A DNA stretch of 64,000 nucleotides, taken from an uncultured Acidimicrobiia bacterium. Lineage in GTDB: Bacteria; Acidobacteriota; Vicinamibacteria; Vicinamibacterales; SCN-69-37. Positions 8,080 through 15,102 of the stretch are shown here, piece by piece (within the stretch, counting starts at the first letter, position 1; every line of letters starts with the position of its first letter). The stretch is from assembly GCA_966252305.1 (NCBI GenBank), contig CBINOO010000002.1, positions 20,089-84,088 of the forward strand, written 5' to 3'. The translations under genes and the position numbers were made by a program. Below the pieces are notes generated by a model. That model had not been told where the DNA came from and searched no databases. It saw only the letters and a list, made by a program, of their open reading frames with translations.

Positions 8080-9628
8080 GTTCGACCGGCGCGTGCTGGT
8101 TCTGGCGGCGACCCGAAAGGACGCTGCCCTGGCGCAGGACATGTTGACCGGCGCATCAGTGCGCGTGGAAGTGTGCGCGTCGTTCGACGCGGTCGTCGAC
8201 GAGATGCCTCGTGGGGCGGCGGTCGTGTTGTTCGCGGAGGAAGCACTGACGTCCACGCGCACCCAGGTGATGGCCGCGTTGCTGGCCCAGCAGCCGGCAT
8301 GGTCGGATCTTCCGCTCCTGATCGTCGCCAGGCCCGGCGCTGATTCAAGTGAGCTGGGTGAGGCCCTGCGCGCCCTGGGCAACGTGACCCTGCTCGAGCG
8401 GCCCTTGCGGCGTGCGACGCTGCTCAGCGCCGTGCAGTCAGGCTTGCGCGCCCGTGATCGGCAGTACCAGATCCGGAGCCACCTCGCGGAACAGGCCAGG
8501 TCTGCCGAGCTGCTGCGACAGGCCGATCGGCGCAAGGATGAATTCCTGGCAACTCTCGGTCACGAATTGCGCAATCCTCTTGCGCCCCTGGTTACCGGGC
8601 TGCACGTGCTCAAGTCCAGCACACACAACGAGGCACGCGTGCTTCATATCGCGACGGTCATGGAGCGTCAGGTGTCACACCTGACGCGGCTGGTCGACGA
8701 CCTGCTGGAACTGTCGAGGATTACCCGCGGCATCATCGATGTGCAGCGCCGGCCGATGGACCTGTTGTCGGCCGTCACCTCGGCGATCGACACCACCGCC
8801 GCGGCCTTCGAGGCGAACAACGTGACGGTTCATGCGGATCTGCCAGATGCGGTGATTCCCGTCGAAGGCGACATGATGCGTCTGAGTCAGGTGTTCATCA
8901 ATCTGCTCGGCAACGCCGCAAAGTACTCGCACGCCGGAGGACATGTCTGGCTCACCGTTCGCGCGACCACCCGCCATGTGGTCGTCAGCGTGCGGGACGA
9001 AGGTATCGGTATCCCCGGGGACCACCTGCAATCGGTCTTCGACATGTTCACGCAGGTCGACCGTTCGAATCGTCGGTCGCAGGGCGGCCTTGGCGTCGGC
9101 CTGACCATCGTCCAGAGTCTCGTCGCGCAGCACCACGGGTATGTGGAGGCGCGAAGTCAGGGGCCTGGTGCAGGTTCCGAGTTCATTGTCACGCTGCCTC
9201 TGGCATCTCCCCAGGCGATCGGGGCGCCAACGGCGGCGCCACTCGCGCCGGTCGCGTATTGTCGGGTGCTCGTGGTTGATGACAATGAGGACGCTGCCGA
9301 CACGCTTGGCTTGCTGCTGGAGTCACTGGGCGCAACGGTAGAGGTGGCCTACGATGGCCGTCATGCGATCGACGCCGTGGCGGCTTTCAGGCCGAATGTC
9401 GTGTTGCTCGACATCGGAATGCCCGGGATGGACGGGTACGAAGTCGCGAGGACCATCCGGGCAAGGTCATCGAGCGCCGACATGCCCATGCTCGTGGCCT
9501 TAACCGGCTGGGGCACGATGCGTGATCGCGAACGCTCCCGTGAGGCCGGGATTCATCAGCACATGGTCAAGCCGCCAGACGTTGTGGCGTTGCGAGACCT
9601 GATTGCCACGGCCCACCGCACGCACTGA
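8054..9628 (+). CDS. Hybrid sensor histidine kinase (N-terminal pseudo-receiver, HisKA, HATPase_c, C-terminal receiver)
   Basis: The N-terminal receiver-like fold lacks the acidic pocket (VLVLAATRKD, VVLFAEEAL). H-box FLATLGHELRNPL. ATPase boxes NLLGNAAKY, DEGIGI, GGLGVGL. True receiver VLVVDDNEDAADTL..VVLLDIGMPGMDG..KP. Overlaps the kaiC 3' end; GTG 8069 is an alternative start. Confidence 0.9.
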   Translation: MPWSQVSAEFDRRVLVLAATRKDAALAQDMLTGASVRVEVCASFDAVVDEMPRGAAVVLFAEEALTSTRTQVMAALLAQQPAWSDLPLLIVARPGADSSELGEALRALGNVTLLERPLRRATLLSAVQSGLRARDRQYQIRSHLAEQARSAELLRQADRRKDEFLATLGHELRNPLAPLVTGLHVLKSSTHNEARVLHIATVMERQVSHLTRLVDDLLELSRITRGIIDVQRRPMDLLSAVTSAIDTTAAAFEANNVTVHADLPDAVIPVEGDMMRLSQVFINLLGNAAKYSHAGGHVWLTVRATTRHVVVSVRDEGIGIPGDHLQSVFDMFTQVDRSNRRSQGGLGVGLTIVQSLVAQHHGYVEARSQGPGAGSEFIVTLPLASPQAIGAPTAAPLAPVAYCRVLVVDDNEDAADTLGLLLESLGATVEVAYDGRHAIDAVAAFRPNVVLLDIGMPGMDGYEVARTIRARSSSADMPMLVALTGWGTMRDRERSREAGIHQHMVKPPDVVALRDLIATAHRTH

Positions 9629-9653
9629 ACGTCCGGTGAGTCGGCGACGTCCT

Positions 9654-10991
9654 CTATGGCCTCGCGCGAATCGCGAACAGATGCTGCAGCCCCCGCATGT
9701 AGATCGTACCGTTGGCCAGCGCCGGTGACGCGTAGACGGGTTCCCCGACACTGTTGGTTCGCACGATCTCGTGTGTGGCTCCGGCCTTGACGACGAATGT
9801 GTCGCCTTCTTCGCTGGTCATGTACAGGTGCCCGCCGAACACCACCGGCGACGAGAAGAAGGCTGACGGCACCGGCGGCCTGCCGCCTTCGTAGACGACG
9901 GCCCCGGTGTCGGCCTTCAGGCACGTGAGGATGCCGCCGTCCGACATGATGTAGACCAGTCCGTCGTGAGCCGTCGGTGAGACCACGTACGCCGAGCCCT
10001 TGCGGTAGTCCCACGTCTGACGCGTCTCGCCCTCCGCAAGTGGACCCAGTTTCAACGCGATGGTGATCTTCTTCGGACTCCCGGTGCTGATGATGACGTG
10101 GCGGCCGGAGACGACGGGCGACGGCACCGCGTAACTTTCCAGGCCCGGCTCGCTCCACAGTTCCCGTCCGGTTGCCGGGTCGTACGCAATGATGCGCGTG
10201 TCGGTGGTGGTGATCAGTTCAGGCCGCCCGCCCGCGCTGGTCAGCAGTGGCGTTGCCCAGCTGATCGGCATGGCCTTGCGTGCCACGCGCCAGACGTCCT
10301 TGCCGGTCTTGCCGTCGAGCGCAGCGATGAAGGACGTCTCGCCGTTGTCTTCGTCAGCCTGCACGATGACCAGCCCGCCGTACATGACGGGGGATGTGCT
10401 GACGCCCACACTCAAGCCGGCCACCTTGCCGAGCTGCCGGCTCCAGACCGGGTCACCGTCCAGCGTGTACGCGTGGATGCCTTCGGTGCCGAAGTACGCG
10501 TACACACGCTCGCCGTCTGTCACTGGTGTGGGCGCGGCGTAGGAGCCACGAGAGTGCCGGTCGTCGTACATCGGTCCTTCGTATGCCGTCTGAACCCACT
10601 GGATTTTGCCGGCCTCGGCGTCCACGCTCAGGACCTGCAACGTGTGGCGCCGATTGCCGCCGACGGCATCGGGGCTGCGCCATTCGCTGCCTTCAATCGT
10701 GTGTTTGAGCGGGGTGTGGCCGGGGATCTCCGCGCCTTCAATCGCCGTCGTGAGAAACACGCGGTTGCCCCAGACGATCGGCGAGGAATGCGCGCGGCCG
10801 GGGATCGCAGTCTTCCACGCGATGTTGCTGTCCGGCGTCCAGCGGGTCGGCAGGGCGGTCTCGTCGGAGCCGCCGCCCCCGTCGTGTCCACGCCATCCCG
10901 GCCACGTGGGTCCGGCGACCGGTGCGACTGAGGCGGCCAGGGTCGTGGCCAGGGTAGCCGAGAGGCAGCAGCGGAGCAGGAGGTGGCGCAT
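9654..10991 (-). CDS. PQQ-like beta-propeller repeat protein (BamB/outer-membrane-assembly-like fold), exported
   Basis: Signal peptide MRHLLLRCCLSATLATTLAASVA, taken from the internal ATG at 10991. Repeated SSPIVWGNRVFL / SPVMYGGLVIV / SPVVFGGHLYM blades. Confidence 0.8.
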   Translation of the reverse strand: MRHLLLRCCLSATLATTLAASVAPVAGPTWPGWRGHDGGGGSDETALPTRWTPDSNIAWKTAIPGRAHSSPIVWGNRVFLTTAIEGAEIPGHTPLKHTIEGSEWRSPDAVGGNRRHTLQVLSVDAEAGKIQWVQTAYEGPMYDDRHSRGSYAAPTPVTDGERVYAYFGTEGIHAYTLDGDPVWSRQLGKVAGLSVGVSTSPVMYGGLVIVQADEDNGETSFIAALDGKTGKDVWRVARKAMPISWATPLLTSAGGRPELITTTDTRIIAYDPATGRELWSEPGLESYAVPSPVVSGRHVIISTGSPKKITIALKLGPLAEGETRQTWDYRKGSAYVVSPTAHDGLVYIMSDGGILTCLKADTGAVVYEGGRPPVPSAFFSSPVVFGGHLYMTSEEGDTFVVKAGATHEIVRTNSVGEPVYASPALANGTIYMRGLQHLFAIRARP

Positions 10992-10998
10992 GCGGGGA

Positions 10999-11004
10999 AG
11001 GGTA
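10999..11004 (-). promoter_or_regulatory. -10-like TACCCT, 7 nt before ATG 10991
   Basis: Minus strand: ggtTACCCTtccccgcATG. Confidence 0.45.
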
Positions 11005-11071
11005 ACCGGTTGGTGCAGTTGCGGGGCTGTCATTTGACGAACGGTGGGCCACCTGGGACGGAGTGGCAGAA

Positions 11072-11467
11072 TTACCGCGCCACGTCCTCCTCCCGCAGCT
11101 GCGAGACACGGGCCAGTGCGCCGAAGTCGCGGTCCGCATGTAACACGGTCAGGTTGTGGCGAATCGCACACGCCGCGATGAGGCAGTCCACGCCGGACCG
11201 TATCGTGAGACCTGCCCGGCGGGCGCGACGGTACAACTCGATCGCATCCTCAACCACCACGGCCGACATCGGGGACTCGACGATGGGGAACGCCCACATC
11301 GCCGTGCGCGCTTTCCGGTAGAGATCTTCGCGGTCGAAGCCCTGGAGCACTTCCTGCACGACGGGCAGGCACGTGACGATCTCGTCAAGGTCGACCAACG
11401 AATCAATGCGAACGGGATTCACACGCCGGAACGTCGAGATCCAGACGGACGTGTCAACGAGTACCAC
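11072..11467 (-). CDS. vapC: PIN-domain toxin VapC
   Basis: VLVDTSVWI (first acidic residue) and a C-terminal LTVLHADRDFGALA motif. GTG at 11467 overlaps the vapB stop by 14 nt; the exact start is uncertain. Confidence 0.8.
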   Translation of the reverse strand: MVLVDTSVWISTFRRVNPVRIDSLVDLDEIVTCLPVVQEVLQGFDREDLYRKARTAMWAFPIVESPMSAVVVEDAIELYRRARRAGLTIRSGVDCLIAACAIRHNLTVLHADRDFGALARVSQLREEDVAR

Positions 11468-11705
11468 GCGCGCTCTTTCGAGAACGACCGCCTTCGTAGG
11501 TCGTGGCGCGCTCACGCATCAGCGCAAGGTCGCCCTGCCATCCGCCGGAGCCGGTCAGCTCCAGAATCGTCTGTGCTTTCGCCCTGCGTACGAACTCCGC
11601 CAGCGCACGCTCGACGGTCTTCGACATTGTCCGCTCGCCGCTCAGCCGATGGGCCTCGTCCAGAAGAGCCGCATCAAGCACAAGATTTGTGCGTTTCATG
11701 TGCAT
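11454..11705 (-). CDS. vapB: VapB-family antitoxin
   Basis: KRTNLVLDAALLDEAHRLSGERTMSKTVERALAEFVRR is a typical short ribbon/helix antitoxin. Lies directly upstream of the PIN gene. Confidence 0.8.
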   Translation of the reverse strand: MHMKRTNLVLDAALLDEAHRLSGERTMSKTVERALAEFVRRAKAQTILELTGSGGWQGDLALMRERATTYEGGRSRKSARGTR

Positions 11706-11710
11706 AGTGT

Positions 11711-11730
11711 GCCATGACGACGGACATGGC
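11711..11730. promoter_or_regulatory. Inverted repeat GCCATG-N8-CATGGC upstream of vapB (candidate operator)
   Basis: Seen in the vapB/acid-phosphatase divergent intergenic region. Confidence 0.35.
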
Positions 11731-11732
11731 GC

Positions 11733-11738
11733 TACGAT
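11733..11738 (+). promoter_or_regulatory. -10-like TACGAT, 6 nt before ATG 11745
   Basis: gcTACGATaggcgcATG. Confidence 0.5.
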
Positions 11739-11744
11739 AGGCGC

Positions 11745-12476
11745 ATGACTCGCCGCGTCCTGACTCTTGCCATCGTTGTCGCCCTGACTGGTTGTGCCGC
11801 GCGGACGCCCTCAGCCGGAACGCCGGCGCCGGCCCCAACGCAGGCAACCAGGCCGCTGACGTTCAACTCCTGGGTGGAACGCTCCGTTGAGTACCCCGCG
11901 CTGGTCCGGCAGGTGTATCGCCAGGCGACGGCCGCCGTCGAACGGCTGGCCGCCGGCAAAGCACGCGGCTCGTGGGCGGTCATTCTTGATGCCGACGAAA
12001 CGGTGATCTCGAACCTCGCGTTCCAGCTCGAGCTTGAACGCACCGGACGCGCCTACACACCCATCCTCTGGAACGACTGGACGAAGCGACGCGAGGCCAC
12101 ACCCTTGCCAGGTGCGAAGGGTTTTCTGGATCGTGTACGCGCCCTTGGTGGCCGCATCGCCATCGTGACCAACCGGCTTGAGCTTGAATGCGCCGATACA
12201 CGCGCCGTGTTTGACACGCACGCGCTGGTCTACGACGTGATGATGTGCCGGCCGAACACCGCACCGTCCGACAAGAACCCGCGGTTTGCCGCCGTGGCTG
12301 CGGGCGCCTGGCAGTCGCCTCCCGCGCCCATCGAGGTCGTCGCCTGGCTCGGCGACAACATCCTCGATTTTCCGGGGCAGTCGCAGGCGCTGCGCCAGCA
12401 GGGCGAGAGCGCGTTCGCGGATTTCGGTGCCCGGTTCTTCGTGCTGCCCAACCCGATGTACGGCAGCTGGCAATAG
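11745..12476 (+). CDS. HAD-superfamily class B/e(P4)-like acid phosphatase lipoprotein
   Basis: Lipobox LTGC. HAD motif I ILDADETV. IAIVTNR and GDNILDF motifs. Confidence 0.8.
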   Translation: MTRRVLTLAIVVALTGCAARTPSAGTPAPAPTQATRPLTFNSWVERSVEYPALVRQVYRQATAAVERLAAGKARGSWAVILDADETVISNLAFQLELERTGRAYTPILWNDWTKRREATPLPGAKGFLDRVRALGGRIAIVTNRLELECADTRAVFDTHALVYDVMMCRPNTAPSDKNPRFAAVAAGAWQSPPAPIEVVAWLGDNILDFPGQSQALRQQGESAFADFGARFFVLPNPMYGSWQ

Positions 12477-12479
12477 GAT
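12474..12479 (+). promoter_or_regulatory. -10-like TAGGAT, 6 nt before ATG 12486
   Basis: caaTAGGATcaacccATG. The TAG is also the stop codon of the upstream gene. Confidence 0.4.
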
Positions 12480-12485
12480 CAACCC

Positions 12486-12848
12486 ATGTTTGTGATGTCG
12501 CTTGTTCTTGCGCTGACCGTTGGCTCACAAACCGCAGCGCCTACGTGTCCTGCCAACGCCGGCAAACCCCAACAGGCAGTGGCGGGACTGCAGGTCTGCA
12601 CGACCGGCGTGCCGCTTGTGCTTGATGGCGGCAAGGAAGTCGGCATCGTCGTGGCGGCAATTGACGCCGACAGTGCGCTGGCGAAGAGTGGCTTGCGCGC
12701 CGGCGATGTGATCGTCCGCATCGAGGGCGAACGTATCAGGACCCCCAAAGACGTCACGGCCCAGCTCACGGCGAACAAGGACGCCCGCGAGGTACTGATC
12801 AACTTCCGGCGCAACGACCTGCCGCTGCTGGTGCGCGTCGGACGCTGA
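12486..12848 (+). CDS. Small exported PDZ-domain protein
   Basis: Signal peptide, then GIVVAAIDADSALAKSGLRAGDVIVRIEGERI (PDZ carboxylate-loop plus helix pattern). Confidence 0.6.
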   Translation: MFVMSLVLALTVGSQTAAPTCPANAGKPQQAVAGLQVCTTGVPLVLDGGKEVGIVVAAIDADSALAKSGLRAGDVIVRIEGERIRTPKDVTAQLTANKDAREVLINFRRNDLPLLVRVGR

Positions 12849-12876
12849 AGGGGCTCGGGCGGGCATCCCTCCGAAG

Positions 12877-12890
12877 TTGCTCCGGCGCAA
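12877..12890. promoter_or_regulatory. FNR/CRP-superfamily box TTGCTCCGGCGCAA upstream of the RIC gene
   Basis: TTGNN-N4-NNCAA architecture. The centre is 42.5 bp upstream of ATG 12926, which itself sits 6 nt after TAGCGT. Confidence 0.6.
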
Positions 12891-12913
12891 AGACAGGGCG
12901 CCAGGACCTCACG

Positions 12914-12919
12914 TAGCGT
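12914..12919 (+). promoter_or_regulatory. -10-like TAGCGT, 6 nt before ATG 12926
   Basis: acgTAGCGTggggccATG, with the FNR-type box centred about 42 bp upstream. Confidence 0.6.
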
Positions 12920-12925
12920 GGGGCC

Positions 12926-13630
12926 ATGCAGATTACGACTGACACCCACGTTGCCGATCTTGCCACCACGTTTCCAGGCACGATCCGCGTTTTTCAGCAC
13001 TACGGCCTCGACTTCTGCTGCGGCGGCAAGCGGCCGTTGGGCGATGTCTGCCGCCAAAACGGCCTCAACGTCGACGAGCTCATCAAGGTCCTGACGGATT
13101 CGCTGACTGAAGTTCGAGACGACGTGGATTGGTCGACGCGTCCCGTGTCCGACCTGACCGCGCATATCCTTCACCGATTCCACCAACCGCTTCGGGAGGA
13201 GTTGCCGCGCCTGCGCGCCATGCTCGACAAGGTCATCAGCCGCCATGGGGACACCTTCGGCACGGTGCTGGAGCCACTATCGCGGACCTTCGACGACTTC
13301 CACGCCGACCTGCTGAGCCACATGCAGAAGGAGGAGGTCATCCTGTTCCCGGCCATCGACGCCAGGGATCGCGGGGACCACGACCAGCCGCTGCCGTGCG
13401 GAACGATTGCCGCCCCCGTGGCCGTGATGGAGATGGAGCATGAACATGCGGGGGAGGCGCTGCAGACCATGCGGCGTCTGACCGACGGATTCACGCCGCC
13501 AGAGTGGGCGTGTCCCACCTTCCGCGGCCTGTACCACGGGCTCGCGGAACTCGAGCGCGAGATGCACCTGCACGTGCACCTCGAGAACAACGTGCTCTTC
13601 CCACGAGCACTGGCCGCGCCGCAGGGCTAA
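12926..13630 (+). CDS. ytfE: Iron-sulfur cluster repair di-iron protein (RIC/YtfE/ScdA family)
   Basis: N-terminal FQHYGLDFCCGGKRPL (ScdA_N), followed by hemerythrin-like H..E / H...H motifs (HRFHQPLREE, MEMEHEHAGE, HLHVHLENNVLFP). Confidence 0.9.
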   Translation: MQITTDTHVADLATTFPGTIRVFQHYGLDFCCGGKRPLGDVCRQNGLNVDELIKVLTDSLTEVRDDVDWSTRPVSDLTAHILHRFHQPLREELPRLRAMLDKVISRHGDTFGTVLEPLSRTFDDFHADLLSHMQKEEVILFPAIDARDRGDHDQPLPCGTIAAPVAVMEMEHEHAGEALQTMRRLTDGFTPPEWACPTFRGLYHGLAELEREMHLHVHLENNVLFPRALAAPQG

Positions 13631-14484
13631 CGCCCTGCGGCCTGCCGCACGATGTCGAGCGCCTGCTCGACCGTCCAGTCATTCCCTCGCAGCACTGTGC
13701 GAACTACCGCGTCAGGACCAATGACGGCGGTGGCCAGCGAATGGTCGATACCAACGGCCGATGGGCGGGCAACCACAGCGAACGCGGCCGTGATTGCCTC
13801 GAGTTCGCTGGTGTCGCCCGTCACGAGCGTGAATGGGGCATCCGACACACCGTGGGCCTCGGCGTACGCCGCAAGAATTTCCGGCGTATCAAATGCGGGA
13901 TCCAGCGTGATGGCCAGCGCCCGGACGCGATCGCGCAGTGAGGCCTCCGACGCCGTTCGCGTCAGCAGGTGTTTCAGGCGCGTCATCATCGCCGGGCAGT
14001 AGTCGGGCAAAGGACACCTGGTGAAGATGAACGTCGCCACCGTGACGACGCCTGAAAGATCGGCCTCGGTGAACGGCCTTCCTGCCTGATCGACGAGCCT
14101 GAACGGCCCGACACGGTCGCCTTCTCGGAGTCGCGCGCTGCCGACGGCTCCCCCTGACGTGATCCGCCTGAGTCCGACCGGGTCCTTGCCGGTGACGCGG
14201 ATGCTCTCAATGGTCGTTCGTTCCCCCACCCGCAATGTAAATGACACCCGGTCCCCCGCGACCAGACCTTCGATGTCCGCTGGAGACGTGGCCGAGAACG
14301 GCATGGTCATGGCCGGCATGAATCCGGGAATGTCGTCGTGTGCGACCTGAAGTGTGACGCCTTCGGGCGCCGCGATGACCAGACCCGTGACGGCAAAACG
14401 ACGCGCCCCATCACCTGTGCCGCAGCCGGCGGCGACCGTGGCAACGAGGAGAACGCAACAGGCGGGAATCAGCCGAATACGCAT
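13627..14484 (-). CDS. CusF-like copper-binding domain fused to SCO1/SenC thioredoxin-like domain, lipoprotein
   Basis: Start taken at ATG 14484 (MRIRLIPACCVLLVATVAAGCG lipobox). VAHDDIPGFMPAMTMPF matches the CusF H..M.M site. FIFTRCPLPDYCP matches the SCO family Cys pair. Confidence 0.8.
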   Translation of the reverse strand: MRIRLIPACCVLLVATVAAGCGTGDGARRFAVTGLVIAAPEGVTLQVAHDDIPGFMPAMTMPFSATSPADIEGLVAGDRVSFTLRVGERTTIESIRVTGKDPVGLRRITSGGAVGSARLREGDRVGPFRLVDQAGRPFTEADLSGVVTVATFIFTRCPLPDYCPAMMTRLKHLLTRTASEASLRDRVRALAITLDPAFDTPEILAAYAEAHGVSDAPFTLVTGDTSELEAITAAFAVVARPSAVGIDHSLATAVIGPDAVVRTVLRGNDWTVEQALDIVRQAAGR

Positions 14485-14490
14485 GAGCCG

Positions 14491-14496
14491 AGCATA
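14491..14496 (-). promoter_or_regulatory. -10-like TATGCT, 6 nt before ATG 14484
   Basis: Minus strand: tggcTATGCTcggctcATG, with the palindromic box at -41.5. Confidence 0.6.
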
Positions 14497-14518
14497 GCCA
14501 CGGATTTCTTTCCGGAAG

Positions 14519-14532
14519 TTGCGCTGGCGCAA
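14519..14532. promoter_or_regulatory. Perfect palindromic FNR/NnrR-type box TTGCGCTGGCGCAA between the divergent SCO and azurin-nosZ genes
   Basis: The centre is 41.5 bp from the A of minus-strand ATG 14484. It would also sit at -41.5 of a plus-strand transcription start near 14567, just before the GGAGG of the azurin gene. Confidence 0.65.
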
Positions 14533-14580
14533 TGACGCCCGCGGTCGGACCCGGCAGACTGCCGTCATGGAGGTTCGATC

Positions 14581-15087
14581 GTGAAGAGATTCCTGGCAGT
14601 TGTCTCCGTGGTTGCCGTGGCGGTGGGCGTCAGTGGGTGCGGGCAGCCGTCAAGCGACGCTGCGCCGCCTGCGCCGGTGGCGGCCGCCGCGCCGGTCGTG
14701 CATGACGGGCGACCCGTGGCCATCACGGCCAACGACACCATCAAGTTCTCGGTGACCGAGATCACCGCGACGCCCGGTGAGCGCCTCAGCGTCACGCTGA
14801 CCAATGTCGGCAGCATGCCGAAGTTCTCGATGGGGCACAACTTCGTGCTCCTGGCCGGCGGCACCGACACCGCAGCATTCCTGACGGCCGCTGCCTCGGC
14901 GCCAACCACCGACTACGTTCCGGCTGCCATGGCCAACGTCGTGCTGGCCTCCACCTCGCTGCTGGGACCTGGCGAGAAGGCGACGGCCACGTTCACGGCA
15001 CCGACCACGCCCGGGCGATACGAGTTCATCTGCTCGTTCCCGGGACATTTCCAGGTGGGCATGCGTGGCGTGCTCATCGTGCAGTAA
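14581..15087 (+). CDS. Azurin-type cupredoxin, lipoprotein with Ala/Pro-rich linker
   Basis: GGAGG at 14569-14573 precedes GTG 14581. Lipobox GVSGC. Linker APPAPVAAAAPVV. Copper ligands in MGHNFVL and CSFPGHFQVGM. Confidence 0.85.
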   Translation: MKRFLAVVSVVAVAVGVSGCGQPSSDAAPPAPVAAAAPVVHDGRPVAITANDTIKFSVTEITATPGERLSVTLTNVGSMPKFSMGHNFVLLAGGTDTAAFLTAAASAPTTDYVPAAMANVVLASTSLLGPGEKATATFTAPTTPGRYEFICSFPGHFQVGMRGVLIVQ

Positions 15088-15102
15088 GTGACTCCGGAGG
15101 TC

